From Puccinia triticina (taxonomy: Eukaryota): 64,000 nucleotides of DNA. Both the position numbers and the translations under genes were made by a program. The first letter of the stretch is position 1. The number at the start of each line of letters is the position of its first letter. The notes below the pieces were generated by a model. That model was given only the letters and a program-made list of their open reading frames with translations. It had not been told where the DNA came from and did no database searches. The stretch spans positions 7,378,001 to 7,442,000 of the forward strand of contig CP110439.1 of assembly GCA_026914245.1 (NCBI GenBank), read 5' to 3'. Below, piece after piece: positions 60,836-64,000 of the stretch.

Positions 60836-62527
60836 TGAAGACTTTTGGACTCAGAGCCAATGGGAAGAGCGAAAAACAAGCCTGAGGAAGAAAGCTCGAG
60901 GCGGAAACACAAAACAAGGAAGCCCTCAAAGAGGGCTAGGCTGCTAGCTTGTGAGAGGGAAAAATGCTCTCACTACAAGAGACTCAAGGGTCTCAGGGAA
61001 AAGGCGCAGGAACTGATGATCTTTCATTCCTAGTCTGACTTGATATTTAAGCTCTTACAAATGTGGGACAAGATGTGGGACAGAAGGTGGAAATGAATAT
61101 TCATCTGGAGGAGAAGGAATGAGTGACAGATGGGTGACAGGGGAGAGAAAAGAGACGGAGACGTGAAATTCCAACACCCCCCCCAACTGATGAACCACAA
61201 AACTGAGACCTAGAGACCTTTGCTGATGTTGAGCTTCTTGAATTTGGGGTTGTTGATCATTGCTTGGAAATTTCTTTCTGACTTGACTTCTTCATTGGTG
61301 AACTCATGATGATTGACTGAGGACGAGCTGAAGTGAGCTGAGGCGAGATGAGCTTGAGCAGGAACCTTTGACTTGGAATTTGATGGCTTGGAGGAAGAAG
61401 AGTCGGTCGCGTTTGGCGGTCGGAGTTCAGGGTGCTTCTTGTAGCAGAGCAATTCTCTGTGGCCCGCCTTGTCGCAGTGGGAGCAGATCGTGAAGTCCCT
61501 CTTGCAGTGGGGGCACATGTAGTACTTCTTGTCTGTGGTGAGGAACGTGGCTTGAGTGATTGTCGACGATTGATCGAGACGATTTTGAGCAACGTGCTTC
61601 TCCAGTTGATTAAGGAGGAGGGGCACTGTGTTGTTTGGAAAACCAATGTTGACCACATCGCGGAATGACTTGTCTTCGGCCGACAGAAGCTTGCGGAGGA
61701 TGAGGGCCGTTTTACTTTGCTCATCAAGGCCGACCTTGGTAGAAACTAGTTGATGGTTGGCAGCTCAAATCTCGGCTATGAAGGTGGCCAGAGGGGACTG
61801 ATACTCGATATCGAGGAAGGTGTTCAGCGCAAGATCCGTAAGGTTGTTGTCATCGAGGTGTTCAACAATCTCGTGATAGGCTAGCCGATTTAGTTCAATG
61901 TATACGTTCTTCTCATCTGGTTTGTCGGCTTCAGCTGGTGGTTTCATGGTCCCCTGAACGAGACCAAGCGCACCGATTCGATCCAGCTTTGACTTCATGA
62001 GAAACAACCACGACTTGTAATTGCGATCGTCGAGGTATAAGGGGATTTTTCTTGAAGCCATTATTGAGTCTTGATACGAAGGTGGGATTGAGTGCGAGAG
62101 GATGAGGTTGTTGGTTTGGAGTGGAGAGAGGATGATGGAACCCGGTCGTTGCCAAGAGACTGTTTGAGTGAGTTCGAGAGGACAAGGTCTTGTGAGTGCG
62201 GAACGCAAGACTGTTAATCGTGAAGAATTTTGGACTCGGAGCCAATGGGAAGAGCGAAAAACAAGCCTGAGGAAGAAAGCTCGAGGCGGAAACACAAAAC
62301 AAGGAAGCCCTCAAAGAGGGCTAGGCTGCTAGCTTGTGAGAGGGAAAAATGCTCTCACTACAAGAGACTCAAGGGTCTCAGGGAAAAGGCGCAGGAACTG
62401 ATGATCTTTCATTCCTAGTCTGACTTGATATTTAAGCTCTTTACAAATGTGGGATCTGGAGGAGAAGGGATGAGTAACAGATGGGTGACAGGGGAGAGAA
62501 AAGAGACAGAGACGTGAAATTCCAACA
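60836..62527 (-). mobile_element. Gag-only Copia-type LTR element nested in the Copia pol ORF
   Basis: LTRs at 60836-61176 and 62221-62527, TSD CATCC, G8 polypurine tract at 61177-61184. Excision restores the host frame LDMDGSSI. Confidence 0.95.
61210..62061 (-). pseudogene. Copia-type Gag with zinc knuckle and one in-frame stop
   Basis: LDDRNYKSWLFLMKSKL at the N-terminus, CSHCDKAGHRELLC (CX2CX4HX4C). TGA at 61765-61767 splits a single reading frame. Confidence 0.88.
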
Positions 62528-64000
62528 CATCCATGTCCAGTAACTTCCTGATCAGAGACGGTTGCTGAAGCTGGAAACCCCCTTCTGTCTGACGAATCTG
62601 TATCCCCACCATGGATGAGAGCGCCTCATCCCACTTGAGCGTGAGTGAACTCGAAAGATCCACCGTCAGTCGCGCCATCAGTCCATCCGAGCTTGCCACC
62701 AGGAGTCCATTGTCCACATGAATCCACAAAAACGCCGTGTCCCTGCCGTTCTTGTACGTGTATGTGCTCTGATCCTGTGGGTTAGATTCGAAACCTATCT
62801 TCTTCAGTGCTGATTTCAGATGCAACCACCAGCAGCGCCCGGCCTGCTTAGTCCCGTATAACGCCTTTTTAAGCTTCCAAACTTTCCCCGGCGTTACTGG
62901 ATATCCCGGAGGCGGCACCACCCAAACGTCCTCGTCAATTTCACTGTGCAGGAACGCGGTCTTCACGTCGAACAAGGCTACCGGCCACTTGTACTTTGCC
63001 GCAACCGTAAGCGCCGTTCTCATTGAGGCAAACGTGGGCGTAGGCGCGAAAGTTTCATCGTAATTTAATTTCCTTATTTGCTTGTGGCCGCCCACAATTA
63101 TCTGGGATTTTCTACGACGGATTTTGCCCTGCATCGTCCGCTTGGTACCAAGAAGCCACCTCAAGCGCAACAGTCTCTTCTTGTCCGCCGGGGGATCATC
63201 CTCCATTGCCACCCCTAGCTCCTCCAACGGCTGTCGCTCCTCGTCCATGGCTCCCCGCCACTCCTCGGCCTCCGGCGAATCAACGGCTTCCTTGTAGGAT
63301 GGTGAATCCCCGCCGTACGGGTCCCTCGCCTCCAGCGCCGCCATCACCGCATCCTGTAGATCCAGCTCATCGCCCAGCTTAAAATCCCCAAGCCTGGCGC
63401 ACTCCATCGCCGCCAAGTCCGCGCCATCACCTTCTTCCCCGCAAGCTTCATCTTGCACGACAACCAGCTTATCCTCCTCAAATTGTACCGACGCCGCGAC
63501 AGAGACCTTCCTTGTCTTCTCGTCCCACAGCACCCATCCCTTCGAGTCCAGCGCCACCCCGATGTGCCTCACCTTCGACGAATACGGCACTATTTGCTTT
63601 TGATGACTGTGATCGTACATGTAAGCCACACAGCTGAACACTTTCAGCATCGCCAACAAAGGCTTCACGCCCAAGACTCTTTCGATTGGTGTCATGTCCC
63701 GCCCTCGGTGGACCAGCCTGTTGAATATGAAAGCTGCTTGGCGGAACGCGCAAGACCAGAGATATCTTGGTAATTGCTTGGTATGAATTAATGACCTTGC
63801 CATTTCCGCCCAAGTCTTGTTCACCCGCTCAATCGCCTCGTTCTGATGATTTTTGTGAGGAACCGCCTTCTCATGCACAATCCCTTCGGCCGCCAAGAAC
63901 TCGGCCATCGCACCACTCTTCACAAATTCGAGCGCATTATCTGTCCTCAGCCTTTTCACTTTCCACTTTGACAAGTTGTTAAGCTTTTGGACCCAGTTGA

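Larger units (their letters stand above)
59649..64000 (-). mobile_element. Ty1/Copia retrotransposon: integrase, RT and RNase H plus a short 3' LTR; continues beyond the window
   Basis: Integrase RTDNALEF...ERVNKT, RT FDVKTAFL...LKKALYGTKQAGR...HVDN, RNase H YIDASW...LADCFTKAL. Candidate 93-bp LTR 59649-59741 next to a G-tract. Confidence 0.95.

Overview
Eukaryotic, intron-containing and heavily transposon-laden DNA. Gene content, short GT-AG introns and transposon (TE) types point to a basidiomycete rust fungus, probably Puccinia (inference). Host genes: a truncated PPM1/LCMT1, a sororin-like gene (KEN box plus C-terminal motif), an integrase-zinc-finger (HHCC) domain gene, a rhomboid protease, a head-to-head ORC6-like/JAC1 pair, an F-box gene and two genes of unknown family. 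Many TEs can be delimited by terminal inverted repeats (TIRs) or LTRs plus target-site duplications (TSDs). These include a self-nesting DNA-transposon family with 9-bp TSDs and hairpin ends, three MITEs with 7-bp TSDs, hAT, Tc1/mariner, PIF/Harbinger and MULE-like elements, and nested LTR retrotransposons. Highlights: (1) a gag-only Copia element whose primer-binding site (PBS) matches a tRNA-Asn(GUU) anticodon arm rather than a tRNA 3' end; (2) a gag-only Gypsy-like element with oligo-T at the PBS position; (3) a palindromic 21-bp satellite (52 identical copies) lying inside a TSD-bounded transposon; (4) TpCpG-biased hypermutation; (5) the candidate sororin. Coordinates and alignments were read by eye; no database searches were run.
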